A program made the position numbers and the translations under genes. From IMG/VR virus record IMGVR_UViG_3300042475_004151: a stretch of 64,000 nt of DNA; one strand, 5' to 3'. The notes beneath the pieces were generated by a model. The model did no database searches, had not been told where the DNA came from, and saw only the letters and a program-made list of their open reading frames with translations. This document shows, piece after piece, positions 17,345-27,437 of the stretch (positions within the stretch are counted from its first letter, which is position 1; every line of letters starts with the position of its first letter). The stretch is from a virus.

Positions 17345-19933
17345 TTAGAATGAAAAAAACTTATTTACATAAGCATTTAAACTTGGAAATGACCATTTCA
17401 GATCACTATATATACCTTGTAATTTGTTTAGTAGAGTTGAATTAAATCCTTCTTCTTTATCAATAAATTTAATAATAAAATCAGTTATGAATTCTGGATC
17501 ATTACCTGTAAATCCTATCACTTCTATTTTATATGGGTTGTCTTTTAATTGTATGTAATACATCTTATCACCTTCTGTAAAACATGAATATTTTTTATCT
17601 AGTTTTTTAAAACGTAATAAATCATTATACCATATAGCAGCTTTAGTATTAATAGGACATTTAAGTTCTAGTTTAGAAAATATCTGTCCTGATTGTGGAG
17701 GTGAAGCTATATATTTTTTAATATTTCTAACTCCGGTTGGTTTAGCGATACTTTTAATAGGTACAATATCTAATGATTTTTTAAAATCAATAATCTTTTT
17801 ATCAATTTCAGTTTTAGTTTTACCATACATTATATCTAGTAAAATACCCTCACCAAACTTTCTATATAATGGATTCATGTTTGATTTCATTACATCCATT
17901 CCTTTAATATCTAATTCTTCAGTTGGTACACCTTCTTTATTAACAATAAATTGAGCATATCTTCTCTTACCAGCAAAATAACCTCGTTCAAGAACAACCT
18001 CTTGTTTTAATTCAAAATATTCATTATCAATATTAAATAAATCTTTACATAAATTTTGTAAGAATGGTTTTGTTTTATCTTGATAGTCTTTAGTTATCTC
18101 AAGAGCAACAGGTACTACTTCTTCTCTATTATTAATATTAATATCTGGTTTTCGTTTTAATATTAGATCTTTTAATTCAAAAAATAAACTATCTGTATCA
18201 GCTGTAATTACATAGTCTTTTTCTACTCCTAACTCTGTGCTAATTTCTCTATTGATAAAGTTAATTGATTCCTGGTCCAAACGTTGACCTGTGAGTGTGA
18301 TTGCTTTACTAATAAATAAATTACCGTCACTATATCTCCATCCATTCTGAGCAAATACTCCATATACGTCGTTTAATTTAATTTTAAAAGTATGTTGTAA
18401 TCGATTATAATATTCACCTTTAGCTGTATCACCAGCTTTAAAAGCAGCTTTCATTAAATCTTTATATTGTTTTCTTTTATCAAACCAATCATTTAATATC
18501 TCTACTATAATACTAGACTTATCTTTTCTAAACAAAGTACCATTAGCTGATATTATTAATTTATTATTTTCAATTAAATCAATTAGGTTTTTTACTTTTA
18601 TGTAAGTTAATTTAACTCTTCTATCTGGTGTTACTTTTTCAATTGGTATTTCTTCTTCACCATCCATTGCTTTTAAATCTCCTAATCCCCATTGGTTATC
18701 ATACTTGTTTCTATTTTGTATTCTACCAACTAATGTTTCAATACCCATATTTAAATTACGAATAATTGATGGATATAGTGATGTAAAATCTAAATCACTC
18801 ACCCATTCATATAGTCCTGGTTCTGGATCTTTTAGATAACCACCAGCATATTCTTCATTTGCTTCTTTTAATGCTGGATTGTAAGTAGTTGGTTTATTAG
18901 GTGAAACTATATCTTTTCGTTTTAGATAAGTTAAAATAGCACCTTCATTTAATGCTGTTGAGTAATATATATTCTCATAAGGTACATGGCATAAATGACA
19001 TATATTAACTGTTAAATCTATAAACTGTAATTTTTTATCTAATTCAATTAATATCTCAACATCACGTAAGTTATATTCTATAAATTTAAGAACATCATCT
19101 TTAAATAATTTATCAAGTGAACCCTCATATTCTATCTTACCTAACTTAACATATTTCTCTCCTATGTCACCTAGTTTGTAAGATGACTCTTGTTTCATAA
19201 TATATTTCTTATGTAACAACATATAGTCAAGATGATTAACACCTGCTATATTAACTACAGATTCATTTGTTTGAGCTTTCTTATTAAAGAAATCTTGTGT
19301 AGAAACAATACCTAACGGTGATAATTCTTTAGCTTTTTCTTCACCCAATACCCTGCAAATCCTATGATAAAGATAAGGTATATCAAAAAACTCACTATTC
19401 CAACCACTGATAATAGTAGGATCAGAATCAAGCCATATACTGATGAATTTAGATAGTAAGTCAAATTCTTTAGCACATGATATAATTTCTTTGTTATCTT
19501 CTTTAATATCATTTAACTGTTTTTTTTCGTCTAAAACTAAACAATAGTATTTTTTAAGTGTAACATCATATAAAGCTATAGATGTTATTTTCATTGGAGC
19601 TGATTTAATATAATCAGTTGTTAATGCTCCTCCAATTTCACACTCTATGTCTATAAATACTGTATTATGATATTGAGGCGCCTCATCTAAATCTTTATAA
19701 GCATCAACTAATACCCTAGTTTCCATAGGTATATCTATCTCATAATACGTTAGTGGATCATTTTTATCACATTTTTGGGTTGGTGATACTCGTTTACCAT
19801 CTAGTGTTTCATACTTGCCATCAGGATCAAGTTTATAGTAAGTTGGATAGTATTCAAAACTCATCCATCCTTGTTTATCATCTCTTAGATGACATGTTTT
19901 ATTTCTAAAATCATAGTGTATAGCTTGAAACAT
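17345..19933 (-). CDS. Family B DNA polymerase (T4 gp43-like)
   Basis: Exo DIECE, DFTSLYPSII, KIKLNDVYG, ADTDS, KRRYA; no intein-sized insert. Confidence 0.97.
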   Translation of the reverse strand: MFQAIHYDFRNKTCHLRDDKQGWMSFEYYPTYYKLDPDGKYETLDGKRVSPTQKCDKNDPLTYYEIDIPMETRVLVDAYKDLDEAPQYHNTVFIDIECEIGGALTTDYIKSAPMKITSIALYDVTLKKYYCLVLDEKKQLNDIKEDNKEIISCAKEFDLLSKFISIWLDSDPTIISGWNSEFFDIPYLYHRICRVLGEEKAKELSPLGIVSTQDFFNKKAQTNESVVNIAGVNHLDYMLLHKKYIMKQESSYKLGDIGEKYVKLGKIEYEGSLDKLFKDDVLKFIEYNLRDVEILIELDKKLQFIDLTVNICHLCHVPYENIYYSTALNEGAILTYLKRKDIVSPNKPTTYNPALKEANEEYAGGYLKDPEPGLYEWVSDLDFTSLYPSIIRNLNMGIETLVGRIQNRNKYDNQWGLGDLKAMDGEEEIPIEKVTPDRRVKLTYIKVKNLIDLIENNKLIISANGTLFRKDKSSIIVEILNDWFDKRKQYKDLMKAAFKAGDTAKGEYYNRLQHTFKIKLNDVYGVFAQNGWRYSDGNLFISKAITLTGQRLDQESINFINREISTELGVEKDYVITADTDSLFFELKDLILKRKPDININNREEVVPVALEITKDYQDKTKPFLQNLCKDLFNIDNEYFELKQEVVLERGYFAGKRRYAQFIVNKEGVPTEELDIKGMDVMKSNMNPLYRKFGEGILLDIMYGKTKTEIDKKIIDFKKSLDIVPIKSIAKPTGVRNIKKYIASPPQSGQIFSKLELKCPINTKAAIWYNDLLRFKKLDKKYSCFTEGDKMYYIQLKDNPYKIEVIGFTGNDPEFITDFIIKFIDKEEGFNSTLLNKLQGIYSDLKWSFPSLNAYVNKFFSF

Positions 19934-19937
19934 ATAT

Positions 19938-19969
19938 TAAATATATTAAGCTTTACTTGGGTTAGCAAA
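19938..19969 (-). promoter_or_regulatory. Bacteroidota-type promoter TTTG-N20-TATATTTA upstream of polB
   Basis: 20-nt spacer; the -7 box ends 4 nt before the ATG, suggesting a very short leader. Confidence 0.6.
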
Positions 19970-19977
19970 CATTATAA

Positions 19978-20988
19978 TTATAATCCAAATCTACTTTTAT
20001 TTGCATTATAGTTTTGAGTAATTTCGGCTCCAGATAATGCTCTATTATATAATCTCATTTGATAGAACACAGGTTGTAACGCTGTGTTTGAGTTATTCAA
20101 TACATCTCCAAATCCTGTACCTTCATTATTATGTCTTGCACCAAAATAGAAATTATTAGATGTGAATAGAGTTTGAATATTCACTGTGTCCGTAGTACCA
20201 ACTTGTGAACCATTTAAATATAAACTATATTGTGTACCATTGAGGACAAAAATCCATTGTCTTACAGCATTGCTTGCTGTTATAGTTTTTGAGGATTCAG
20301 AAGTTGGCTTACCATAATTTAATGTTATAGCGCTATCCATGTAAGCAAAATAACCAGCGTCAGAGTTGTAAAATTCATTACCCCAAACAGTTGCCCAGTT
20401 TGATGTTGGATTAAATGAAGCTATAACTTCAACTGTTACAGTACTAGTACTAATATTATATGGAACAATAATATAATCAGTTCCATTCAAATCATCATTA
20501 TTTAATTTTATACCACCACCAAACGAACCTGTATATGAAGGTGTGCCTTCTAAAGTCGCATTATATCCATTACCTGAAGCATCAGTCCAAGTTGTTCCTG
20601 ATGAAGGTGCTGATTGTAAATTAAATATTAATCCACTTGTTACTATACCACCATTTGAACCTGATGATGGTGAAGGTGTAGGAGAAGGAGGAGTACTTGG
20701 TGGTATAGTTATACTTGGTGTATTACTAATTGATGGACTAATAGAAATACTAGGTGTAGCACTTATACTAACAGAAGGTGTTATACTAGGTGTTTTACTA
20801 GGTGTAATACTAATACTAGGTGTAAATGATGGAGTTATACTAGGTGTAACACTAAAACTAGGTGATACACTTGGGTATATCACATAACCATTCTCAATAA
20901 ATATAATATTTCCTTTTTTTGGAAATTCTGTATCAGTTCTTAATTTTTGAGGAACTATACTTTTAAATTTAAACTTACTATTCATCAT
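19978..20988 (-). CDS. Ser/Thr/Pro-repeat stalk plus LamG/ConA-like lectin-fold protein
   Basis: (TPSI)n stretch, then SGTTWTDASGNGYNATL...LYLNG...RLYNRALSGAEITQNYNA. Confidence 0.8.
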   Translation of the reverse strand: MMNSKFKFKSIVPQKLRTDTEFPKKGNIIFIENGYVIYPSVSPSFSVTPSITPSFTPSISITPSKTPSITPSVSISATPSISISPSISNTPSITIPPSTPPSPTPSPSSGSNGGIVTSGLIFNLQSAPSSGTTWTDASGNGYNATLEGTPSYTGSFGGGIKLNNDDLNGTDYIIVPYNISTSTVTVEVIASFNPTSNWATVWGNEFYNSDAGYFAYMDSAITLNYGKPTSESSKTITASNAVRQWIFVLNGTQYSLYLNGSQVGTTDTVNIQTLFTSNNFYFGARHNNEGTGFGDVLNNSNTALQPVFYQMRLYNRALSGAEITQNYNANKSRFGL

Positions 20989-21009
20989 ATTATAAATATG
21001 AAATAAGTA

Positions 21010-21030
21010 AAGCGTCCGAAGACGCTAAAC
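21010..21030 (-). terminator. Putative terminator hairpin
   Basis: AGCGTC-TTCG-GACGCT on the minus strand followed by a short U-tract. Confidence 0.5.
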
Positions 21031-21055
21031 TTAAATCTTTATGTTGTTATTTATA

Positions 21056-21598
21056 TTATACTGATGGGGATGGAGTTGGAGTAGGTGTTCTTGAAAGACT
21101 TATACTTGGTGTTGGACTAATACTTATACTTGGAGTTAGACTTACACTAACACTTATACTAGGTGTCACACTTGGTGGATTACAAATTGAAGCACAATTA
21201 GCATATCCTGTAGTATCATCAAGATTAAATACAGGTGTTCCTCCTGATACACCAACTGGTTGTACAGCTGATGAACCACTTGAATAATAATATCCTAATG
21301 TAAGACTAGTACCATAACTAAATCCAATTTTTTGACTTAAAAATTGATTACAATTACCATCAAGACAGTTATAAACATTAAATAAATAATTATACGCTAA
21401 TGATGGTGTTGGTGTTGGTGTAATACTAATTGATGGAGTTATAGTAGGTGTGAAACTAACTGTTGGAGTTACACTTGGTGTTATACTAATTGATGGTGTT
21501 GGACTAACACTTAATGTAATACTAGGTGTATTTGGTGGTGTTGGAGCAACATTTATAGTAGAGTTACTCTTTTGGTATAATCTTTCAGTTAATGGCAT
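21056..21598 (-). CDS. Ser/Thr/Pro-repeat protein with a central Cys-containing domain
   Basis: TPS repeats flank a YNCLDGNC...NCASIC module. Confidence 0.75.
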   Translation of the reverse strand: MPLTERLYQKSNSTINVAPTPPNTPSITLSVSPTPSISITPSVTPTVSFTPTITPSISITPTPTPSLAYNYLFNVYNCLDGNCNQFLSQKIGFSYGTSLTLGYYYSSGSSAVQPVGVSGGTPVFNLDDTTGYANCASICNPPSVTPSISVSVSLTPSISISPTPSISLSRTPTPTPSPSV

Positions 21599-21619
21599 TG
21601 TTTATGTTTGCTATAAATA

Positions 21620-23977
21620 TTAATTTTCTCTACGATCTTGCGCACTATAATGACTTATTCTATTATGATTTATAGGAGATGCTAATAATATAGCTGGTTT
21701 GATATTACCTTTACGTGTTTCTTGAAACATATGAGACATCCATGTTTGTTCGTAAGGATGTGTCCAATCTATATCTAAAAACATTTTTTGGTTACCTGCT
21801 TTACCTACAATCATAGGCCAGTTAGCATAGTATACATCACCATCAATATATGTTAAACCATCAACATTATCAATTTTATTGAACTTAGTTCTAGGACAAT
21901 TTGTATCTAAACCTTGAATAGGCAATTTATCATATCCCGGCCACATTTCAGTTCTAATAAACTGTGGAACATTATACCAAGAACATTGCATGTAGTTATC
22001 CATATATACTTCTGTAAATGATAATTTTAAAAAGTCATATTCTTCTTTTAACATTATCTTATGAATCTTCTCAAATAATCCAGGTATATATTGTCTAAAA
22101 CCATTACGACAAATATCACTAGTTGAATTATATATACCCATATCATCCTCTAAGAATATATAATAGTCACTATCAGATTCTTGAAAATGTTTGGCAGCAT
22201 ATAATCTACCTCTATTAATACCTAAATTTTCACCTGTTACAAGATGTTCCATTCCATATTCTTCACAAATAGCCTTATTACCAGCTACTGCTTCATCATT
22301 ATTAGAATTATCAATTAATATTTTTCTTGTTTTATCTAACCACTCTGGATGTAGTTTATATGTTTCTAAAGTATGTCTTACTTGTTCTGGGAAATTAAAA
22401 GTAAGTATATATAAAGATGTTTTCAATTTTGATGTATCCAAATTTTTAGGTTTTAAAAATACACGTTGTTCTGGAATTGGTTCTAATTCGACTTTATCAT
22501 CTAATAATGCTTGAATGAATTTAGTCACTAAGCCATTACTATCTAAAGCATATCTTCTATACTTTTCAGGTTCAATATAAGACATAAGAGTAAAAATACT
22601 TTCTTCAGTACCCATATAACCTTCACCTAATGTTCTTTGTAACAATGGATAATAAAGATTATTAGCGTCATTTATTATATTTTTTCTTCCACCAAATAAT
22701 CCACCTCGACAAACATGTTCTACTTTTTTACCAGCGTAGCGATTCATAGCTGTAAAATCAAAACCATGAATTTCATCATTAGCTTCATATGGATAACTTA
22801 AAAATAAGAATGTATCTAAATGTGGATTTATCTTATCTAAGGCTTTATGCTCACTGAAGAATTTATCATAAACAGTATTTGTAATACCAGCGTCTAGCCA
22901 AATAAAATATTCTGTATTAAATGGATTCCATATAGTAACATCATTTAACATAAACATTTTTGATTGTACTATTGGATTATACCATTCTAAAGATGCTTGA
23001 GGTGAACCTACTAACCAACCATGTTCTCCAGTTTTATTAAACCATTCTGGAGTGGTTCTAATTTTTTGAGTGATATCCCAATGTGGACTATAAAGATTTT
23101 TTACATCTTCTAGTTCATATACTTTAACAAATGTGTTTTCTTTACTCCTTTTCTCCCAAACTAAATATTCATATTCAGCTGGAATGAAGATAAACATATT
23201 AACAGGTATGTCTAGAAAATTTTTAAAATGTTCTATGTAGTGACTAAAGTCTCTACCTGGTCTACTTATATCCCATAATCCTGTAACAACTGTTAAGTCT
23301 TTATTTTTTATTTCCATACTAGAAGTAGGCATATGTAATTGTTCTACTTTTCCATTTTTCTGTATAGCTCCTACTTGATCACAAACTTTTAAAATATTAA
23401 ATGATTCTCCTCTTAAAGCAAAAAACGCTTCAATAGCTGCTTTAACTCCAGGTAAATCATTTCTTTCATAATCATGAAATAATATATACCCACCATCAGA
23501 TACTTTATTATATATTTTAGTTAAACTATCAAAGATAGAATCATAAAAATCTCCATCTAAAAAGGCAAAAGCAATCTTATCTGGTATTCTATAGTCTGGA
23601 ATATCTTTGAACCATCCTTTATTTGTATATGGTGGTTTTAGATTATTATCTCTAAAATTTTTAATTAGTATTTCTTCACTAACATTTAATGTACCTGCTC
23701 TCCATCCTGTGTTTTCTTCCCATTTAGATAATGGAGGTAAACCTTCAAATGAATCATACACATATAAATCTTTATTTGATTTAGTTTCGTCTAATGTTTT
23801 TCTTAGATACTTACTTGATTCACCTACATAACATCCAAATTCGACAAAATCACCTTCAATGCCTTTTTCAATAGCATCTAAAGCATACAATACTAGATAA
23901 TCTAGTTGATCTTCGCTTATGATACTAGCGTCAACTTTACTGTTTCTAAAAGTTCTTATTTTATTTACTAACTCCAT
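21620..23977 (-). CDS. Tri-domain fusion: TylF/MycF/NovP O-methyltransferase + HtrL/YibB-like domain + GT2-like domain (start probably MELVNK at 23977)
   Basis: GDFVEFGCYVG, DSFEGLP, KGWF, LDGDFYDS, HDY; then VVTGLWDI...YFIWLDAG; then LIDNS...NLGINRGR...IFLEDD. Confidence 0.8.
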   Translation of the reverse strand: MELVNKIRTFRNSKVDASIISEDQLDYLVLYALDAIEKGIEGDFVEFGCYVGESSKYLRKTLDETKSNKDLYVYDSFEGLPPLSKWEENTGWRAGTLNVSEEILIKNFRDNNLKPPYTNKGWFKDIPDYRIPDKIAFAFLDGDFYDSIFDSLTKIYNKVSDGGYILFHDYERNDLPGVKAAIEAFFALRGESFNILKVCDQVGAIQKNGKVEQLHMPTSSMEIKNKDLTVVTGLWDISRPGRDFSHYIEHFKNFLDIPVNMFIFIPAEYEYLVWEKRSKENTFVKVYELEDVKNLYSPHWDITQKIRTTPEWFNKTGEHGWLVGSPQASLEWYNPIVQSKMFMLNDVTIWNPFNTEYFIWLDAGITNTVYDKFFSEHKALDKINPHLDTFLFLSYPYEANDEIHGFDFTAMNRYAGKKVEHVCRGGLFGGRKNIINDANNLYYPLLQRTLGEGYMGTEESIFTLMSYIEPEKYRRYALDSNGLVTKFIQALLDDKVELEPIPEQRVFLKPKNLDTSKLKTSLYILTFNFPEQVRHTLETYKLHPEWLDKTRKILIDNSNNDEAVAGNKAICEEYGMEHLVTGENLGINRGRLYAAKHFQESDSDYYIFLEDDMGIYNSTSDICRNGFRQYIPGLFEKIHKIMLKEEYDFLKLSFTEVYMDNYMQCSWYNVPQFIRTEMWPGYDKLPIQGLDTNCPRTKFNKIDNVDGLTYIDGDVYYANWPMIVGKAGNQKMFLDIDWTHPYEQTWMSHMFQETRKGNIKPAILLASPINHNRISHYSAQDRREN

Positions 23978-25650
23978 TTTGGAAAATTTTCTTTTCTTAT
24001 GTAATAATCTTCTAATAATAAACAATCTAACTCTGTTTGATTATATATTATGAAGGCATCTTTATATGTTGATAAAATTGGTTTACCATTAACGTTAAAT
24101 GATGTATTTAATAAAACACCTACACCTGTTTCTTTTTCAAATTCAGTTATTAAATCATATAACCATTCATTTTGTTCTCTAGTTACTGTTTGTACTCTAG
24201 CTGTATTATCAACATGTGTAATTGCAGCTAATTTTTCTCTCCATTCTTCTTTAACTATAGGACAAAAACTCATCCATCTTGCTTCTTCTTCAAGTTCAAA
24301 ATATTTTGAAACGTCTTCTAATCTAACAACTGGAGCAAATGGTCTATACCATTCTCTATGTTTTACTTTAGCGTTTAGAATATCTTTCATTTCAGATATT
24401 GATGGATTGCAGATAATACTTCTATTACCTAATGCTCTAGGACCATGTTCAGCTTGACCATGTACTGTACCTATTATTTTACCTTCAACTAAGTCTTTAA
24501 CTACTATTGAAGGATCATATTGTTCAAACGGATGATAATATTCATCTTGTTTCATTAACTTTCTAACATTTGGATATTCAGGTAATGTTTGAGCTAAAAT
24601 ATTTTTATCTAATATAGGTAAACCTTTATAAGTAATATCTAATGGTTTCTCAGGTCTTAAATGACGTAACATTAAACCTAAAGCTATACCACAATCACTT
24701 GGATTTGGACCTACAAATACTTCCTTATTAAATTCTTGTTTTACTCTTGTATTAAGTATAATATTTAAACCACATCCTCCAGTTATACAAATAGGTAAAT
24801 CTGGATATTCATCAAAATATGGTTTAGCTACTTCTAAAAAACATTCTTCAAATGCTCTTTGAGCTGTTGCTGCTACATCATAAGCTAATTGTCCTTCTAA
24901 TCTATTATTGATATCAAATATTATTCCGGTTTTATTTCCTAAAATATTTAATTTATCAACATAATCATCATTTCCTCCATCAGGATCACTTTTAAAGAAA
25001 GTAATAAAAGCATCTAACCATTCTTCTTTCCACTGTCCGTAAGAAACTAATCCCATTATTTTTCCAGGCCATACTAAATTACCTTCAGCCATTCCATCCA
25101 TTTGGATATCTTTTAGATATTGTCCAAATATCATATAGGCAAAACCTAAATTATAATATGGACCATCATCTCCAGTCAATGGATTTTTAACTTGTGCTAG
25201 TCGAATTATATCTTCACCTTTTTTAGCATGGTATATATTAAATTCACCATCATCTCCTCCTCCATCAAATGAAAATATTAATGCTTCTGGATATGGTGAT
25301 TGATAAAATACTCCATAAGCGTGAGATTCATGGTGTAATCCATGAACATAATTTTTAGCATTTATTAAAGCATTAGTTTGGAATGCAGTGTGAGTACCTT
25401 TAAAATCTTCTCCTATAAAATCAGTAGATGAGAAATAACAATTGTCATATTCATATATTCCATATTCTTGCTCAATCCACTTTATAATTTCTTCTACTGT
25501 TATCATTATATATCTAGGAACTTTATATTGAGATATTCCTACATTTTTATAATTGAGAAATCTTTCTACTTCTATAATACAAAGTATTTCTCCATCTTTT
25601 TCTACTACAAAAGCTCCATTATGGGAACCATGAAAACTTATATTAGCCAT
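23968..25650 (-). CDS. O-carbamoyltransferase, NodU/CmcH/NovN family
   Basis: EVER, HHESHA, DGGGD, GKIMGL, GGCGLN, GPRALGNRS, RPFAP, HVDNTARVQT, LNTSFN. Confidence 0.95.
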   Translation of the reverse strand: MANISFHGSHNGAFVVEKDGEILCIIEVERFLNYKNVGISQYKVPRYIMITVEEIIKWIEQEYGIYEYDNCYFSSTDFIGEDFKGTHTAFQTNALINAKNYVHGLHHESHAYGVFYQSPYPEALIFSFDGGGDDGEFNIYHAKKGEDIIRLAQVKNPLTGDDGPYYNLGFAYMIFGQYLKDIQMDGMAEGNLVWPGKIMGLVSYGQWKEEWLDAFITFFKSDPDGGNDDYVDKLNILGNKTGIIFDINNRLEGQLAYDVAATAQRAFEECFLEVAKPYFDEYPDLPICITGGCGLNIILNTRVKQEFNKEVFVGPNPSDCGIALGLMLRHLRPEKPLDITYKGLPILDKNILAQTLPEYPNVRKLMKQDEYYHPFEQYDPSIVVKDLVEGKIIGTVHGQAEHGPRALGNRSIICNPSISEMKDILNAKVKHREWYRPFAPVVRLEDVSKYFELEEEARWMSFCPIVKEEWREKLAAITHVDNTARVQTVTREQNEWLYDLITEFEKETGVGVLLNTSFNVNGKPILSTYKDAFIIYNQTELDCLLLEDYYIRKENFPKWS

Positions 25651-26512
25651 TTTGTAAATTATTTAATCTTAAAAATTCATTATAATCAGTATGTTCTATA
25701 TATCCTGTTACTCCCATACGCCAAAATCTTTCTTGTATTTGATTGTGTTGTACCTCAAATAATCTATACCCAGCATGAGAATGTCTTTTATTTAATCCAA
25801 ATATATTATATATAGGAGCTAAAATATATTCATCATGGTAAACATATGATCCTCTGAAACGTTCTATTAGGTTAGTTTCAAATAAATAAAATATAATATC
25901 ATTCCATATGTCGAAAAAATTCTTCATGTAATTAATATCATTAAATATAAAAAATCTTCCTGCGGCATCCAAAACTCTAATTATTTGATCTGGTTCTAAG
26001 TTATATTTTTCTTTTAATACATTAGATATTATAGACATATCTTTATTAGCGATATTCTCATCCCACTCTGATACAGCGTTGTATATTGTGTTTTTATCTT
26101 TTAATATTGGATTAATTGATTCTAAAAACATATTTGTGTCAGTACACATTATAGAAACATTTTTTATATCATGTTTATACGCTTGTAAAAAGTGAAATCT
26201 CATTAATGAGAAAGAATAAACATAATCGTTATCTATAAATTTTTTAGCATAATCACTCTTATCTGTAGAGTCAATTAATGCTTCATATTTTTCTATTAAT
26301 GGAAATTCTGGATAGAAATCTTTAAGTTCGTTAACTATTAGATTTTGTCTATTTATATCTTTAAAATATTCTTTATCATCTGTTATAATAAAATAATAAA
26401 GATTATCATCATCAATATAATTGTTTTCTAATTGACGTTTAGCACTTTCTCTATAACTTTCTCCAGCACATGAGTAACAAATAGCTACTTTTTCATTAAA
26501 TATTGAAGCCAT
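25643..26512 (-). CDS. Putative GT-A-fold glycosyltransferase-like protein
   Basis: IITD, CTDT (DxD-like) and late HDE motifs; lies within the glycosylation cluster. Confidence 0.5.
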   Translation of the reverse strand: MASIFNEKVAICYSCAGESYRESAKRQLENNYIDDDNLYYFIITDDKEYFKDINRQNLIVNELKDFYPEFPLIEKYEALIDSTDKSDYAKKFIDNDYVYSFSLMRFHFLQAYKHDIKNVSIMCTDTNMFLESINPILKDKNTIYNAVSEWDENIANKDMSIISNVLKEKYNLEPDQIIRVLDAAGRFFIFNDINYMKNFFDIWNDIIFYLFETNLIERFRGSYVYHDEYILAPIYNIFGLNKRHSHAGYRLFEVQHNQIQERFWRMGVTGYIEHTDYNEFLRLNNLQNG

Positions 26513-27434
26513 CAGATAAAGTTGGATTAATTTCTAATCTATTCATTATATGAGTAACTCGGTTTTGAGGACTACAATATGTTGTATAATATTCTCTAGC
26601 ATTTTTAGTAATAAAATTTAAAAATTGTTCATCATCTTTTACTTCTAAAAATCTATTTTTATAAGCTTCTACATATTTTTCTCCACCACGTCTATCTGAC
26701 TCAGTACTCCAATCAAATCCATCTCTAGGAATAGAGATATAATGGTAATTAGGAATTAATGGTGGGTCAAATGGAGTCATATACTCTAATCTCATCATTG
26801 GTAATCCCACAGCCATATATTCTATATCTCTATAACAAACTTCTGCTAAACTGGATAAAGATAATCCTACTTTAAAATTAATAGCTCCTTTTAAATAATC
26901 ATCTATACTTAATATTCCAGGAGATGTATTGCTAAGTCCCATTTCTCTAAGTCTAAATGGATCTTCTCTTCTTGTAGTAAATAAACAAAACATTTGATCT
27001 ATTAAAGAATCAAAGTTTTTAAATTTTCTTAAATTATAAAAGTGATCATGACATGTTTGAGGAGTGAATGTATAAAATGTAGTTGGTTTAACTGTAAAAT
27101 TATATACTGAAAAATCATAATCTTTAGGAAACCAATAAGCTTGTTGAGTTAATAATAAAATATCTTTCTCATTATTTCTTTGTTTATATATATCAAATAT
27201 ATTAGTTGGACTTTCAGACCAAGTGATACTTTTTAATATATCATTTTCTTCATCATGAATTATTAATTCACAATCGGGCATATTATAATCGAATTTTTCT
27301 ATATATAAATGACCACCTTTCTGATGTATTACTTCAGCGTTATATTTTTCTTTTAGATTATTAACTAATTCTAAAAATACATCATTCCATCCCATGTAAT
27401 GATATTGGGTCTCTAAAAAGTAAATTTTCATCAT
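26496..27434 (-). CDS. Putative GT-B-type glycosyltransferase-like protein
   Basis: C-terminal YLKGAINFKVGLSL...CYRDIEYMAVGLPM...LIPNYHYI resembles a GT-B donor-binding domain. Confidence 0.6.
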   Translation of the reverse strand: MMKIYFLETQYHYMGWNDVFLELVNNLKEKYNAEVIHQKGGHLYIEKFDYNMPDCELIIHDEENDILKSITWSESPTNIFDIYKQRNNEKDILLLTQQAYWFPKDYDFSVYNFTVKPTTFYTFTPQTCHDHFYNLRKFKNFDSLIDQMFCLFTTRREDPFRLREMGLSNTSPGILSIDDYLKGAINFKVGLSLSSLAEVCYRDIEYMAVGLPMMRLEYMTPFDPPLIPNYHYISIPRDGFDWSTESDRRGGEKYVEAYKNRFLEVKDDEQFLNFITKNAREYYTTYCSPQNRVTHIMNRLEINPTLSDGFNI

Positions 27435-27437
27435 AAA

